The translations under genes and the position numbers were made by a program. A stretch of DNA of 64,000 bases from Podospora anserina (taxonomy: Eukaryota). The stretch is taken from NCBI GenBank assembly GCA_017654855.1, contig CM030334.1, forward strand, positions 248,001 to 312,000, read 5' to 3'. The notes beneath the pieces were generated by a model. It ran no database searches, was not told the origin of the DNA, and saw nothing but the letters and a program-made list of their open reading frames with translations. Every line of letters begins with the position of its first letter. The stretch's first letter is position 1. Below, in pieces: positions 23,095-35,672 of the stretch.

Positions 23095-24810
23095 TTACAT
23101 TTGTTGTCTACCCTTCCTGCCATCCGAATCCTCTTTGTGCAATACAGCCTCTTCGTCTGGAGGATTCTTCGAGTTCTTTACTGGCAGATCGTCTCTTCCA
23201 ATCATCCACCCACCTGACCAACCAACCCATCCAGTTTCTTTCGGGCCTCGGGCAAGGCACACCAGAATGGCGAACACCAATAGCCCAACTGTGCGCTTTC
23301 AGATCAGTACCGATCTCTCAACGCTTTTGTGATGAGGGAAAGGGCGGAACTCACTGCTGCAACTTCCACTCCAAGTCCAACCACCCTGCGCAAAAAGACG
23401 ATTACCCACTGCTGTTCCCGTCAGCTGCCCAGAAAACGCCGCAACCATGTATGCCGTATTCACACGATTCTGTGCGTCTGGTCTCAGACTGTATATCGCC
23501 GCCCTGTTCCCAATTTGCGTAAACTGACTCCCCAGATCGATTGTTATTGCCTGAATCACCGGTCCTGCCACCGTAAACCCTCCGGTAAAAGTACCCACGA
23601 TCACCCCAGCCAGCTCTAACCCAAGCCCCATCAGGGCTGATACCAACGGCATTACCTTATCTATGACGAACCGCGAGTAAACAGGCGCCAACAAGATAAC
23701 CGCCACCCCAATCAACCCAAAGAGTCCAATAACCATCGAGCTGTACTCATACGGCGGCCGGCTGAGCAGGAAGCTTAGAGTTGTCCAGTAGCTCGTAAAG
23801 ACGGCACTGAGACAAAAAGCCACAATGCTCGCCTGGCAAAGCAACGGCTCCGTCACCATCAACACCACAATCCCCCACAGCAACTTCCCATACCCCGTCA
23901 CCCCCTTCAATGCAGTCGGGTTCTTGGAAGGGTAATCCGGCATCCAAAAATACAACCCCATCCAAACAACAAACTGAACCCCCAACCCAAACCAGTATAT
24001 ACCCCTCCACTCGGTATAATTCGCCATCACCCCGCCCAATATCCTCGCCACCAACACCCCCAGCCCCAAGCCAGAAACTACAACCGCCAGGCAACTCGCC
24101 CTCCTCTCCTTTGGCGCCAGATCCCCCACCAAAGGCAGCATCAGCTGCGGCGTAACAGTCGTCGCCCCGCAGATATAGCTCACGACAATAAAAACCGTAA
24201 AAGATTGCGTCGTACACAGGATAATCCACAGCAGCGCCGTCAACAAAACCAAGCAGAGGATAAACGGCCTCCGGGGGAAGACATCCCCCAGCGGACAAAT
24301 CAACAACAGCCCACTCGCATACCCAGCCTGCATGAGCGTTGCAACCACAGATGCCCTCTCAAACGAGACGGAAAACGACTCCGCGATCCGGTTGAGGATG
24401 GCCTGGTTGTAGTACAGATTCGAGACGGTGAAGCAGGCGGCCTAGACGGAAAAAAAAAAGTCAGTAAGGTGGGTGGGGGGGATGACAACACAGCGACCAA
24501 TTGAAGGGCAACTCACAAATCCAAACAGCAAATTGATCCAAACCGTAAACCTCGGCGGATTCCTCTCATCCCACCTCGTACGCGGCGGCTGCCACAAAAG
24601 AAGCCTTTTCCACTTTTCTTGGCCTACCCCTCGTTCCACCCCTAGATCAACTTCTTCCAAATCATCATCGTTCTCGCTGGTGGTGCTGCTGTTCCCATTC
24701 TCAAGCTTCTTCTCTCCTGTCGGCGGCGGCGGTGGTGGTGGTGGTGGTGTTGACGACGGCAGTGGTGGTGACTCCAGCGCAGGCTTCATCATCAACTCAT
24801 CCCGAGACAT
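23095..24810 (-). CDS. MFS transporter, multi-exon
   Basis: FTVSNLYYNQAIL, QAGYASGLLLICPLGDVFPRR, NRVNTAYM, many TM helices. ORFs 24442..24810, 23299..24348 and 23095..23280 join through GTGAGT introns. Confidence 0.9.
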
Positions 24811-25383
24811 AGTTGTCTCACCTCAGACATGCAGGTCATCATAGGAAGTGAAGAACATGAATTTCGCCGGTTTTTGTTCTGGGTCATGCTCCTTACCCGT
24901 TGACCTGCTGTTGTGTTTGCGGTCGGGACGGTTCCGAAAACGGCGGGCGGGCTTGGCGCGTCACTACTGCAGGGAGAACGGGCGTGAAGGCGGGTAATGA
25001 CATCGTCAACCGGCCTGTTGCATTTCCGCATATCGTCATCCGGTTGGGTCGGTACTTGCGGCATCAGAGCTGGACAAGCCTGTGTAAAGCGGGCAACCAC
25101 GATATAAACACCAAGCATTGATCATCATCACGTTCCTACCAGCCCGAAAAATAAACATGTCAAACATGTCACGGCACACGGTCTGGTCATTCTTGCTGCT
25201 CTAGCTTGGCTTCAATGACGCCATTTCTCCGTCAAGTCTCGCTCTTTGGATTTACACTGCGTGGGCCATGTTCACAGAGGGTTGGGGTTGGTTGGTGTAA
25301 GTAAACGACTAGGATTATTATTGATGTCTGCTGCCGACCAACAACTCTATCAAACACCCAAACCCGATTCCATCATGACTTGT

Positions 25384-26700
25384 TCAGCTAATCACCGAGC
25401 ACAAATTTCCCCAAGAGCCTCCAAGTGCCGAGGCGCTGCGAACCGAGTTTGCCAGCTTGACACCAATCCTGTGCAGCATCCAGGCATGGCCTGTGCTTCC
25501 CAGAACATTGCTCTTGCATGAGCTAGCATCGGGAAATACCTTACTGCAGACGCCCCGTAATCTCTCCTTGCACTCAGGCCCATCGGCGCACGCAATTCTG
25601 TCGTATTCTCCAGCGACGATGCATGCCTGGCCCTTGAAGCTGAAGGCTGAACCGAGCCATTCGCTCGAAAGGTAAGATCCGCTCCAGCAGGCTTCGCCGC
25701 CAGTAATGGTATCTTGACTGAGAAAGTCCAGTACAGCCAAGTCGTCATCGTAGATGCCCCCGTACAGAATGTTCCTTCGGTCAAGGAAAGAAGTCACTGC
25801 CCCAGTAAAGTAGCCTAGCGGCTGGTCCTGGTATTTCGGATCTGTAGAGTGTGCTGGCGCAAACATCCATTCACTCGGGCGGGGCGTCATCTTTGAGCCC
25901 GTGGGGAGTCCGGTTCCAACAAATGCATCGACGTCATTGGGAAAATCCTCGATGAGATAACTGCCGAGCTGGGCACCAAAGCCATGTCCAACATATGTTA
26001 CGTTCTTGAAGGCCATCCAGAGGCCATGCTGGTTTGTGCGCAGTCGGACGGCGAGCTCATGCAAGACCTCGACGTGGAACGGGGGTTGGAGTACCTGCCA
26101 AGGGTCTGTCGACATCTTGGTCAGTAAAACAACGTGGAATAAGAGCATAACAAAGAGGAGGATGTCATAGGTACCGGGGTATGTTGGGCCATGGCTGTCT
26201 CCATGACCCCAGAGGTCAATGGCTAGGGTGTAGGAACCACCGAGACCAGACGCCAGGGCATCTGCCAAACTGTACTCTAGTATACCGAGCCCATGCCACA
26301 TAGATTTGTCATATGTCGCGTCGTGGACCATTAGATGAATCCGGCGATCTTGCGCAGCGACTGGCCTTTCTGGTCGGCAAAGGATGCCGTGGATGGTAAC
26401 GTTCCTCTCCACAATGAGTTTCGTGGTGTTGTCATCAGGATCCTCGTACATCTGAGGGTCAAGGCAAGAGGAGAAGAATTTGGTCACGTCTTTTGGAGAA
26501 TTGAAGTCGACATTTCTCCTTGTTCGTCGGAAGTCGACGTTGTCAGCCGAGATGTTTCCGAGTGGTATCTGAACATAACGGCAATTGGGCGCGAGAACGG
26601 GCGGGACTCTTGAAGTGGTTTTCCTGAGCTCAGTGTTCCTGGCTGTGCTTGGGAGAGCGAAGAATAGGGCCCCGAAAAGCAGCGCGATGCGGCAGGTCAT
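25384..26700 (-). CDS. Secreted alpha/beta-hydrolase-fold protein lacking the nucleophile Ser
   Basis: Signal peptide MTCRIALLFGALFFALPSTA; TLAIDLWGHGDS, YVGHGFGA, AGEYD, TGHAWMLH. Probable in-frame intron ~26107-26172. Confidence 0.75.
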   Translation of the reverse strand: MTCRIALLFGALFFALPSTARNTELRKTTSRVPPVLAPNCRYVQIPLGNISADNVDFRRTRRNVDFNSPKDVTKFFSSCLDPQMYEDPDDNTTKLIVERNVTIHGILCRPERPVAAQDRRIHLMVHDATYDKSMWHGLGILEYSLADALASGLGGSYTLAIDLWGHGDSHGPTYPGTYDILLFVMLLFHVVLLTKMSTDPWQVLQPPFHVEVLHELAVRLRTNQHGLWMAFKNVTYVGHGFGAQLGSYLIEDFPNDVDAFVGTGLPTGSKMTPRPSEWMFAPAHSTDPKYQDQPLGYFTGAVTSFLDRRNILYGGIYDDDLAVLDFLSQDTITGGEACWSGSYLSSEWLGSAFSFKGQACIVAGEYDRIACADGPECKERLRGVCSKVFPDASSCKSNVLGSTGHAWMLHRIGVKLANSVRSASALGGSWGNLCSVIS

Positions 26701-27195
26701 GATGGGGGTGAGCGGAGGAGGAGTGACGAAGCGGTGCTGTAACAATACTTTTCAGAAAGGGCAGTGGGAAGATGGTCGACCAGAAATGTGAGTTGCGTCG
26801 AAGTGGAAGATGGGGAGAGAGTGAAGAGTCGAGGAGAATAGAGAGAGAGAGAGAGACGATGGATAATGCTGTTATTCAAGCGTGGTGGGCGACCACTTCT
26901 TTTCGCAGGAAGGTGCCGACAAGATGACGGGATGCCAATCGAACGATGGCTCGTCACTTTGAAGGGACTCCTTCCCATCCAAAGCCAGAGGGTCCTTCTG
27001 AACAGGCCACTCAGTGAAGTTTCACCAGGCAGTGGCCGGAAGGTCGGTATTCACCGGTTCCGACTTATCGGCACTCTCCCATCGTGGATCGGAAGGTACC
27101 ACCAGTTGGACAAGTCAACTGGCAGTGGCAAGCATAAAAGGCAAAGTTGTGTTGATGCTCATTGTTACTTTATACACAACATAAGTCCCAATCAG

Positions 27196-28737
27196 TTAAA
27201 CAGACCCCCTATTCCCCTCCAACACCCCCAACCTCTCATCCACCTCCCAACTCCCCCTCCGATCCTCACTATACTCATCTGCCTCCTCATAACCCCTTCC
27301 CACCCCCAACCCCGACAACCTCGCCCCGTTTCCCACCCCCGTCCCCAGACCCGTACCAAAACCTAAACTCACAGGCGAAACCACCTCCTCCCCACCAACT
27401 TGAATCTCCTCCATCAACCGTCCCGGCGGCAGCGGAAACCCTCCCAACAACCCCTGACTATTGACGCTCCCCGTACTATTGGACGCTGTAGCAGGAGAAA
27501 TATATATACTGGGATGCACAGGCTTCATCCCCTTCATATCCCTTCCTGAGCTTCCCATTGACGACCCCGTCGGTGGTCTCAGCTGCGTAGGCGGTCGGAA
27601 ACTTCTCCCTCCACTGCTCACAGTAACTGTTGGGTGTGTAAAGCCCGATATTTGAGAGGATATATCCGAGACCATGTCTGGTTGTCCGCGCGCTCTTGCC
27701 TGGCTGCCTGAGTGGGAAGAGAAGGAGGGGAGGCTGATGGAAGGAGGGTGATTAGGGAGGTGAGGGTGTGATTCAGCCCGGACTTGGGACAGCCAGCGGG
27801 AGATTGTGGGGCGCGGTTTAGATACCTCGGGGAGGGCGTTGGTGGTCTCAGGTGGGAGAGGAGCGGAGAGTAGTTGGCTGTAAGGATGGTGGTGGTGGTT
27901 CTGTGGGGGAAGGTCTGGATTGGAAAGAGAGTGGGCTGAGGCCCCGGGGTTCTGTTGATGGCGGCGGAAGCGAAGGAGGAGAAAAACAGCGCTGAGGAGG
28001 ATGATGGCAAGGCCTAAAGAGATGTTAGCGATCGATACCAGCGAAATGGGATAGCGGCTTACGGACCAACCGAGCTAATGACAATTGCAGCTATCTGGCC
28101 AGCGTTGAGGGTGTGTATCGGTGCAGCCGTCGGGATTGTGAGGTCAGGCGCGACGGGGGGTTCTAAATATTTTAGAACAGGTACCCAAGCTCATCATCAG
28201 AGAAATGTACATACCAGGTGCATTTGTCCCTTGAGTTGTGTAAGAGGTGATGATGCTGGAAGAAGGGACGCCGTTGGTGCCTGTTTCAAAACCATCTACC
28301 ACAATCTGAGTATTTGGGTTTTCTTGGGCTTGGGATGTCGTGGTTGGTATTTGTTTTATAGCTGACCTAGTGTTGGCTTCCTGAGGTAGCTTCGTTAACA
28401 CAGCCGTTGGCGTATTTGTAGCTGCCGGGGCTGTGGAAGACCGCTTTTCGTTTGCTGTGGGCGATGTCTGTTTTCTGCCATTTCTCTGAGCATCTTGTTC
28501 CTGGTTCTTCAGGTCTTCTTTCCGGGTTCGTTCTCTCTCCTCTTCGATTTTCTTCCTTTCCTCTTCGATTCTTTTCCTTCCCTCATCAGCCTTGTCCTCA
28601 GCCTTGTTTATGAAGAATCCAAACACGCCATTGTTTGACTGATCGGTTGCGTGGACACGGTTGGACCCCTGAGGTCGCCGGTTGTCATATCGGTTGTGTC
28701 CAGTGTCACCGTCATGTTTCCGTCTTGCCAGAGGCAT
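27196..28737 (-). CDS. Hypothetical single-pass membrane protein, 2 introns
   Basis: ORF 28144..28737 (charged, then T-rich) splices to LNAGQIAAIVISSVG|LAIILLSAVFLLLRFRRH (TM plus basic stop-transfer), continuing into ORF 27196..27675. Confidence 0.6.
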
Positions 28738-30045
28738 GGCCGGTCACCCCGATTTATAAAGGCTTGGATGTGCGTATCCTGGATCTGCAATATAAATAGG
28801 TGCCAAGTGTGTGTGTCTTGCTTGTCGTGGTCCCATCGAGTGACACCTGAGGTGGATGATCCAAAATTGGAACCAACATCCTCGACGGACAACCAACCCC
28901 TTATTAACAATAGCTCCCCTCACCGAGACTCCCCATACCTGACCTCTCACCTCCCGCAAATTGTGCTTGTTTGCCGGCCCACTGGTCTCAACCTCGGGAG
29001 CCACACGGGCGACCAAAAGCGACCAGGCTCACCATGGCAGTGTCGACATATAACTTGCATCTTGCGAGGCAGCGATCGACCCAGTCGGCCCAATCAAACA
29101 CCTAACAGACTGCAAAAATCTTGTAATTGATAATGGCACAGTCAGCAGAGAATGTGAAACTTGGGATAACACCCTCCAGGTCCGGGGGCGAAGCTGCACA
29201 CCTCAACCAGATGTCATAATTGGAATTGGCGCAAACAAATTCGAGCATAAATCTCGGCAGTTTGAGGGAGAGGTTGCGATTGTAGTTGGGGGCCAATCTT
29301 CAGGCAGCATGATTACGGTACCATCAAACAATTGACAGGAGACATGGAGGCTCGGCTGGTCAATTGCGGGAAGTGTTGTAATGAGCGTCAGGTTGTTTAA
29401 TCACAACCCCTAAGGAACGAAGAAATGCACTGGAATACCACTCCCGTCAAGGTGAGGTTGTTCTGGGCTCAGGTAGGTGGGGTTTGCTCCCCGCCGCCAG
29501 GCACTGCACCTGCGCGGGGCTGCTCCAGCTAGTTCGGGTACCACTCTGCCCCACTGCGCCGCTAGGTACCTTACTGCCACCGTCCGACTCCCCACTCCCG
29601 GCCCCGCAGCCCCCGGCACTGCTCCCATCTCAAATCTCAATGGCACCCCCGCCCCGTGGTCGGTCAACCCGGAAGTTGTCCTGGCCCAGTGCTCAGTCCT
29701 GATGCTCGCTCCAGCCCGGCCCAGGATCCGGTCTCCGGCTTCGTCGCTGGTTTCCATTTTGTCCCTGCTCGGTCTCCAGGTCTGGAACTTGCGTCCGCGT
29801 CCCACCGGCGCACACAGGTAAGTAATGGTCATCTCTTCGGACGAGAAGAGCCTTTTGGTCTTTTCTGAGGATTACTAGGATTGGATGTTCTCGCTTTGCT
29901 AACTACCTTAAACATGCCCAGGTGATATGGTCGATGCGCGAGCGCAGGTCCGAATATAACCCTAACCCCCAAATGTCGCGATCATGCCTCCCTCCCCCCT
30001 TTTCCGACTTTCGAGAGCTCAACACCACCCCGAACCCATCTCCCT

Positions 30046-31199
30046 TCAAAGACCAAAGAACTTCATGTCATCTGCTCCCCTCATATTTACACTGTGCCCG
30101 ACGCCTTGGGCGTACACGCCAATCAACTTTCCGTTGTCCCACGAATACGTGGTGTACCGGCTCTGGGGGGTGTTCGCCTGGGTGACATCTGGCTTCGCGG
30201 GATCCAGGCCGAATACACCTGCCCATTGCTTAATCGTCTCGTTGTAGTTGTTCGCGTGGAGAGTTGTGTCGGCAGAGCCGTGGTAGATCTGCATCTTGGG
30301 TCGGGGTCCTTCATATCCTGGGTAGGCATCAAAGACCATCTTTGCCCAAACCTGCGGTGTCGAACGAACTTGGCCTTGAGCACAGGAGCTGTTCCAGGCG
30401 TTGGTGCCACCAGACTGGGAATAGAAGCAGCCAGCGGCGGTGCCGGAGTAGACGATGCCTGCAGCAAAAAGGTCGGGGTAGGTAGCAGCCATGACGTTCT
30501 GTTTTGGCCCATGATTAGACAAACACGAGTCAACTCAGGTAATAGGTAACTGACCGTCATCATGCCACCAGAAGAGGTGCCGGTCACAAACACCTTGGTG
30601 GGGTCGCCGTTGTACTGCTGAAGCGTGTACTTAACCATGTTGGCGATGGCGTTGCTGTTACCACCGCCGTCATGGGTAAGGGTGGCGCGTGAAGAAACTA
30701 TGCTCTTGTTAGTAAAATGCGTCCATTTGAGGTCACAAGTTTGAGTTCTGGACGATCCGACTTTTCTTTTCTTTCTCTTTGGTTCTTTTCTCTTGGTTAT
30801 CTTTCCCCTTTTTTTTTCCTTTTTTTCTTTTTCTTTTTCTTTTTTTCATCTTTTTTTTTTACTTTCGTCAACAGCTCAATCGAAAAAAAACCTACCATCC
30901 CAGCAAGTCCCCGAATAGGGTGATTCAGGGTAAATGACAATAAAGCCCTTCTGATCAGCGAGCTGTCTGTATGGGCTGCCACTGAAGTAAGCCTGAGCAG
31001 TACCAGTGCAGTAGTGAATAGCCACAATGATAGGAGGCTTCGCCGCGAGGTTCCTGGGGACATAAATGAACATCTTCGCATTTGAAGGATTGGACCCGAA
31101 GTTGTTGACGCGTGTGAGACTCTGGGCCATGACGCTGTCCGCCCCAAACAGGGCGAAGCCGGCTGTGAGAGCAGCCGTCATCTGGCTGAAGAGCTTCAT
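30046..31199 (-). CDS. axeA: CE1 acetylxylan esterase (PHB-depolymerase-like), secreted, no CBM1, 2 introns
   Basis: Signal peptide; NFGSNPSNAKMFIYVP, AIHYCTGTA, GTSSGGMMT nucleophile motif, MQIYHGSADTTL, GVGH. Confidence 0.92.
30763..30860. repeat. T/C low-complexity tract in intron 1 of the CE1 gene
   Basis: Near-continuous T runs broken mostly by C; the intron is ~200 bp versus ~60 bp for most others here. Confidence 0.85.
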
Positions 31200-34100
31200 G
31201 ATGGCGATCGTGTCTGGCGGAAGTGTCTTTGTGCCTTGTTGTTGATGCTCTGGCTGGTGGAAAAGGGAGGAAGCATATACACCTTATATATACAGACTGT
31301 CCTACATGTACCTAACCCCGACTCTTCCCCGCGCTGATCATATTGCCTTGCACTTCCCTTCCCCCGCTACCACGTTACCGGGCGGTCCGTAGCGTTAAGC
31401 ACGTTCGTGGCTTTGCCGCCGACTTAAACGGAGAGGCCCTGGAATCCAATAGTTACGCACTTTTATATGATATTGATTTAACCGAGGTACCCCATCATGA
31501 GCTGTCCCCAGCTCTGTTTTCAGCGGTGACGACGTAAGGAGATGATGAGATCTCGGCAGCCCATCGGCAGTACAAAACTAGACCTCGTCTCTTAGATTGT
31601 TCATCAAGACCAGATTCGGTCATTGCGTTGCTTCCCGGTGATGCTGCATCATGGGGAAGGCTGTATGCTGGGCTCAGACATACCTGCTGATCTGCAGGGA
31701 GTCAATACCTACCTAATGGGCACCTTAATGAATATGACCAATTTGCCGGGCAAAGTTACGGAGTGACAGGGTGCTTCCATTCTTGGCCGCCCTCTTATAT
31801 TACTGCGTCTCTAACTGCCAGGTACAATTCCCCAGGCTGTCAATTTTCCAACAAGAATGCAAGCAATTTCAAAACAGATGTGAGTGATCTTCAACAAGCA
31901 CCCCCTACTTATTAAGTCAGCCACCCATAATGAAATGCTAGGTAGGTACCTAGGTACTGAGGTTGCTGCTCCAACTGAACATGAATATCTACCATTGAGG
32001 CCAGCGGCTCCCGACCAGACATACAAATCTTATTACATGTTCGATTGCCGAGGATAATCCCGGAGGTTCGACAAGACTCTTGTACCACAATGGCTTGCAT
32101 GCGGAGGGGTCAGTAACGGGATGTGGGCATGTTGATGACAGCCTCTAGATTGGTGTCCAATCTGGATGAATCAACAAGGGCATTCTCTCTCCGCAGACCA
32201 CCGGGGATTTTTTTGATAATTTGCGGGATCAAACCCTTTGAAGGTACATGTACGAAGTGACCTCTCAGCATTTAGGCGGATTACCCCCTGGCATGGCCGA
32301 TTGTGGTGTTAAGTTCCTTTGGGCCTCATTGATTGACCAGGTTGCTTAGATAACAGAAGCAAGTAAGGTAAGGTAGTCAGGGGCGCAAGGGGACACCCTC
32401 CTTATAAAATAGTTGGCACAGCAAAAGGAGGTTAACTTATATCATATTGTAAACCACGCCTCACAAGTAAACCAATAGGCCTTTTAAACACTTTGAAAGG
32501 CCCATTAACTATCTTTAACGGCCTAATCATTATCCTTCGAGGTATGATCCATAATATGATATGGTTTACCTACCTTACTTTCATGTGCCAATCGTTTTGT
32601 GGGGAGGGTGGGAGGTGGGTGTTGACCGGGAAACCAAAACAGCTACGCCCGGTTATGGAACATTTTGTCGTGGAGGTCGTCTCTTTGAGGAACATAAGGT
32701 ATCCGGTGATTGGCAACTGTGCACCCCGGTTAATCTGCCCACACACTTGACGGTTGAGAGAGAGTTTGAAGACTTTGAGACGCTCATCAGTCGAGTTGAA
32801 CCCCTTCAAGATGTTGACGATAAAAAAAGAGGACTTGGGTTCCTAATATAATAAACCTGATTAAGTTTTTAAAAATTAAACCATGTTCAAATCTAGTGGC
32901 CGTTGAATTTTTGATACAAGTATATATGTAAACGTTGGTCAACTAAAAGGCTGCTTTAGCGCCCGGCGGCACTGTCGGTCAAGAGAATGCGACCGCGGCT
33001 CGTGGCGGAAAAGTGCAGAACGCAAAGCTTGCCCATTGGTTGGAATGTCTCACCTGGCGGGATTTGGCGCGTAAAAACGCCTGTCTGCCCACCAATCACC
33101 AAACTCCAAGGTTAAACAATGGCAACAAGAGAAAACGCAACCCGCCGTCGAGTTTCCAAGTGTCAAAGACAAACAAACACATTGTCTGTTTCATGATCTC
33201 GTGAGCGCTGTGGCTTGAAGATTGTGGACCAATCGGTTGCGGGGGGACCAGACCCTGGCTGTGGCTAGTGCCCCTGGCTGTCTCATGTCGCAGAAAACGT
33301 CGGGCCAAAGCTGACGGTTGGTAGGGAAGTCCCCTTGAGAGAAACGGTACAATTTCAACCTGGAAGCTGGTCCTCGAGTTCAACAAACCGACCTCTTCCA
33401 CTCGTGCGACTGACAACCATCAACAGGTCGACAAAGACTGGAATTCGGTCGTTTTAATATTCATCGCACACCCGGTGGCCGTCCAATGTCGACTTGATAT
33501 GGCACAGCTACTTGTCGCTTGCCCTACCCCAGACCTGGTCGGGGCCCGTGCGTGGCCCGATGGCGGGGCGATGTGGAACAGGCGGTGCCGCACACCCTGG
33601 GCCTGGCGTCTCGAATTCGCAGACCTCCTCGACCACCTCCGACAGACATGGTTCCATCCACGTCGATCCGACACGAATCGCACAGGCGTCGCGCCCACCC
33701 CTTTCCCAAGAGAGCCTCAACATGGCACCATGTGCCAGCAGTGCCAGCAACTCGATATGCCTCTTCCTACCAAGCTGTACACACCTCCCTGCCCCTGATA
33801 ATCTGCAAGCACCCGGCTTGCCATGTCTCCTTCCAGTTCTAGCTTTTGTCTGTACTCCGTATCTCTGTCGTTCTTTTATTTTTATTTTTATAGTCATTCC
33901 CTTAGCTCAACAGCCCACAGCTCAGGTCATTCTGGAAGATCCTGGCGGATCTTGATCTACGTTGCATTTTGATACCCACTTGGGCCTTCTGTCGTTTCTG
34001 CTCCCCTGCTACCCGTCGTTTAATCCCTTGTTCTCGCCCCTGCCTAGCCTCTGGCAGTTTTTCGCTTCTTCTCCTTTTCCCTTCTGTTTCCTCACCTACA

Positions 34101-34309
34101 CTCTCTTTTGGTGATGATCTTTGGACTTGGTTAGGAGCCATCCACTGTGACTTCCTTGCCTTGACTGGGCCGGTCCCGCTTTCTGTTCACCCACTCTCTT
34201 TAACACTAATTTACAATTCTATCGACGAATACCCCGATCCGACTCGACGCCGGACAAACACACGCACGAAGCAATAATAATACTGGGACGACCAACACAC
34301 AAACCGACA

Positions 34310-35355
34310 ATGATTTGGCATAGGACATTGGTGGCTTCGCTCCTGGCGATGGGGGCCCAGGCTGGAATTGGCGACATGGTGGCCGAGGGCATGATGAGGG
34401 GGAGTCCATCCGTCGAGAGGAGGTTACAAGAAATCGCAAAGGCAAACATCTTGTCAAGAGGATACATGGAGATCAGGCAAGCACCGGGACTGTCAACGGG
34501 CATTGGCAGCAACACACCCGTGAATCCTGACGGGACCGTCGACATGGAGAGGTGGAATGAGGAAGTCAACCAAGCTTGCAGAGACTCGCTCGAAACTCTC
34601 AACGTGGCCTCGAACCCATCAGGCGCCTGCATCTGTTACAACCTGCCCGTCCTCAACAACGTCACAGGCACCTTCGAAGCCGACCTGAGGCTTTTCCAAA
34701 TTAGCCCACCAACCGGTGACTTTCAGGGCATTCCGCAGGAGCAGATCAACGTTGCACTGAGTTACAACGGCGCGTCGGTCGCCGAGAAGGAGGGAGGCGC
34801 TGCTCGACAAGGCCCAGAACCAGCCGAGGAAGGGAGGCTGCGGCTACTCCGGTCGTTCCTGTTTGTTGGTCGGATCAACAATGATGCAATGGGAGGGGAG
34901 GAGATTCCCATGTAAGCAAGCACCAAAGCTCTTGTCACCTTTGCGATGTGCCCGATGCTGACTCTGCCAAAAGGGCCCAGCTGCAAGCTCTAGTCATGCC
35001 CATCGTCACGTTGTCCGCCGTCAACGCAGACGGCCAGACGGTGGCCACCAACGTGTCAGTGAACGAGGCCGCCTTCGTTTCTGGTGTCTTTTCGCAAGAG
35101 GTCGTCATGAGTACCTTCCGCCTAGCCGAACTTGCTGTGGAGGAAGAAGTTGCTCGTCTCAAGAACGGCACCACCGCTTTTGTCCTTCCCGGTGTGCAGC
35201 TGCTGATTTTCCCCATCGGTCTTATCATCACGAGCATTTGGCTGGTCATTGGTGTGGCTGCCTATGGCATGGGCACTTATGCGCGGTACAACTTCCGGGA
35301 GTCTCACAGAAGGATGGTGGCGAAGACACAGAAGGGGACCATGGCTCGTTTTTAA
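34310..35355 (+). CDS. Secreted or membrane-anchored hypothetical protein with a C-terminal TM helix, 1 intron
   Basis: Signal peptide; ASNPSGACICYNLPVLNNVTGTFEADLRLF; intron ~34912-34973; AFVLPGVQLLIFPIGLIITSIWLVIGVAAYGMGT. Confidence 0.8.
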
Positions 35356-35672
35356 GCCATCGTTTCCCACTCTCCTTGATACCAGCTGCTCGCTTACACC
35401 CTGGGGGCAGCACTTTGTCTTTTTCTGCCTGTCTTTTCTTCGTCTTTCGTCATCCTCACCTTGGTATTTATTACTGCCATATAATGGGACTGAAGATGCT
35501 CAGCTCAGACCGTATATTTTCTGTACATACATATCCTCATAGCGCTTGAGTTATGGTGACATTTGTTACCAGCTGAACATAGAATTATCCCAAAGCAGCA
35601 GAACCACGTCTCCTTAGTAATGGTTATGCCCGCAAGCAACCTCTAGCTCTCTTCCCTTAGTTTACTTCCAAC

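Noticed and set aside
32361-32580. Possible MITE bounded by the inverted 10-mer AAGTAAGGTA/TACCTTACTT
   Set aside because: The repeat is short, there is no target-site duplication, and AGGTA/TACCT words are common in these intergenic regions.
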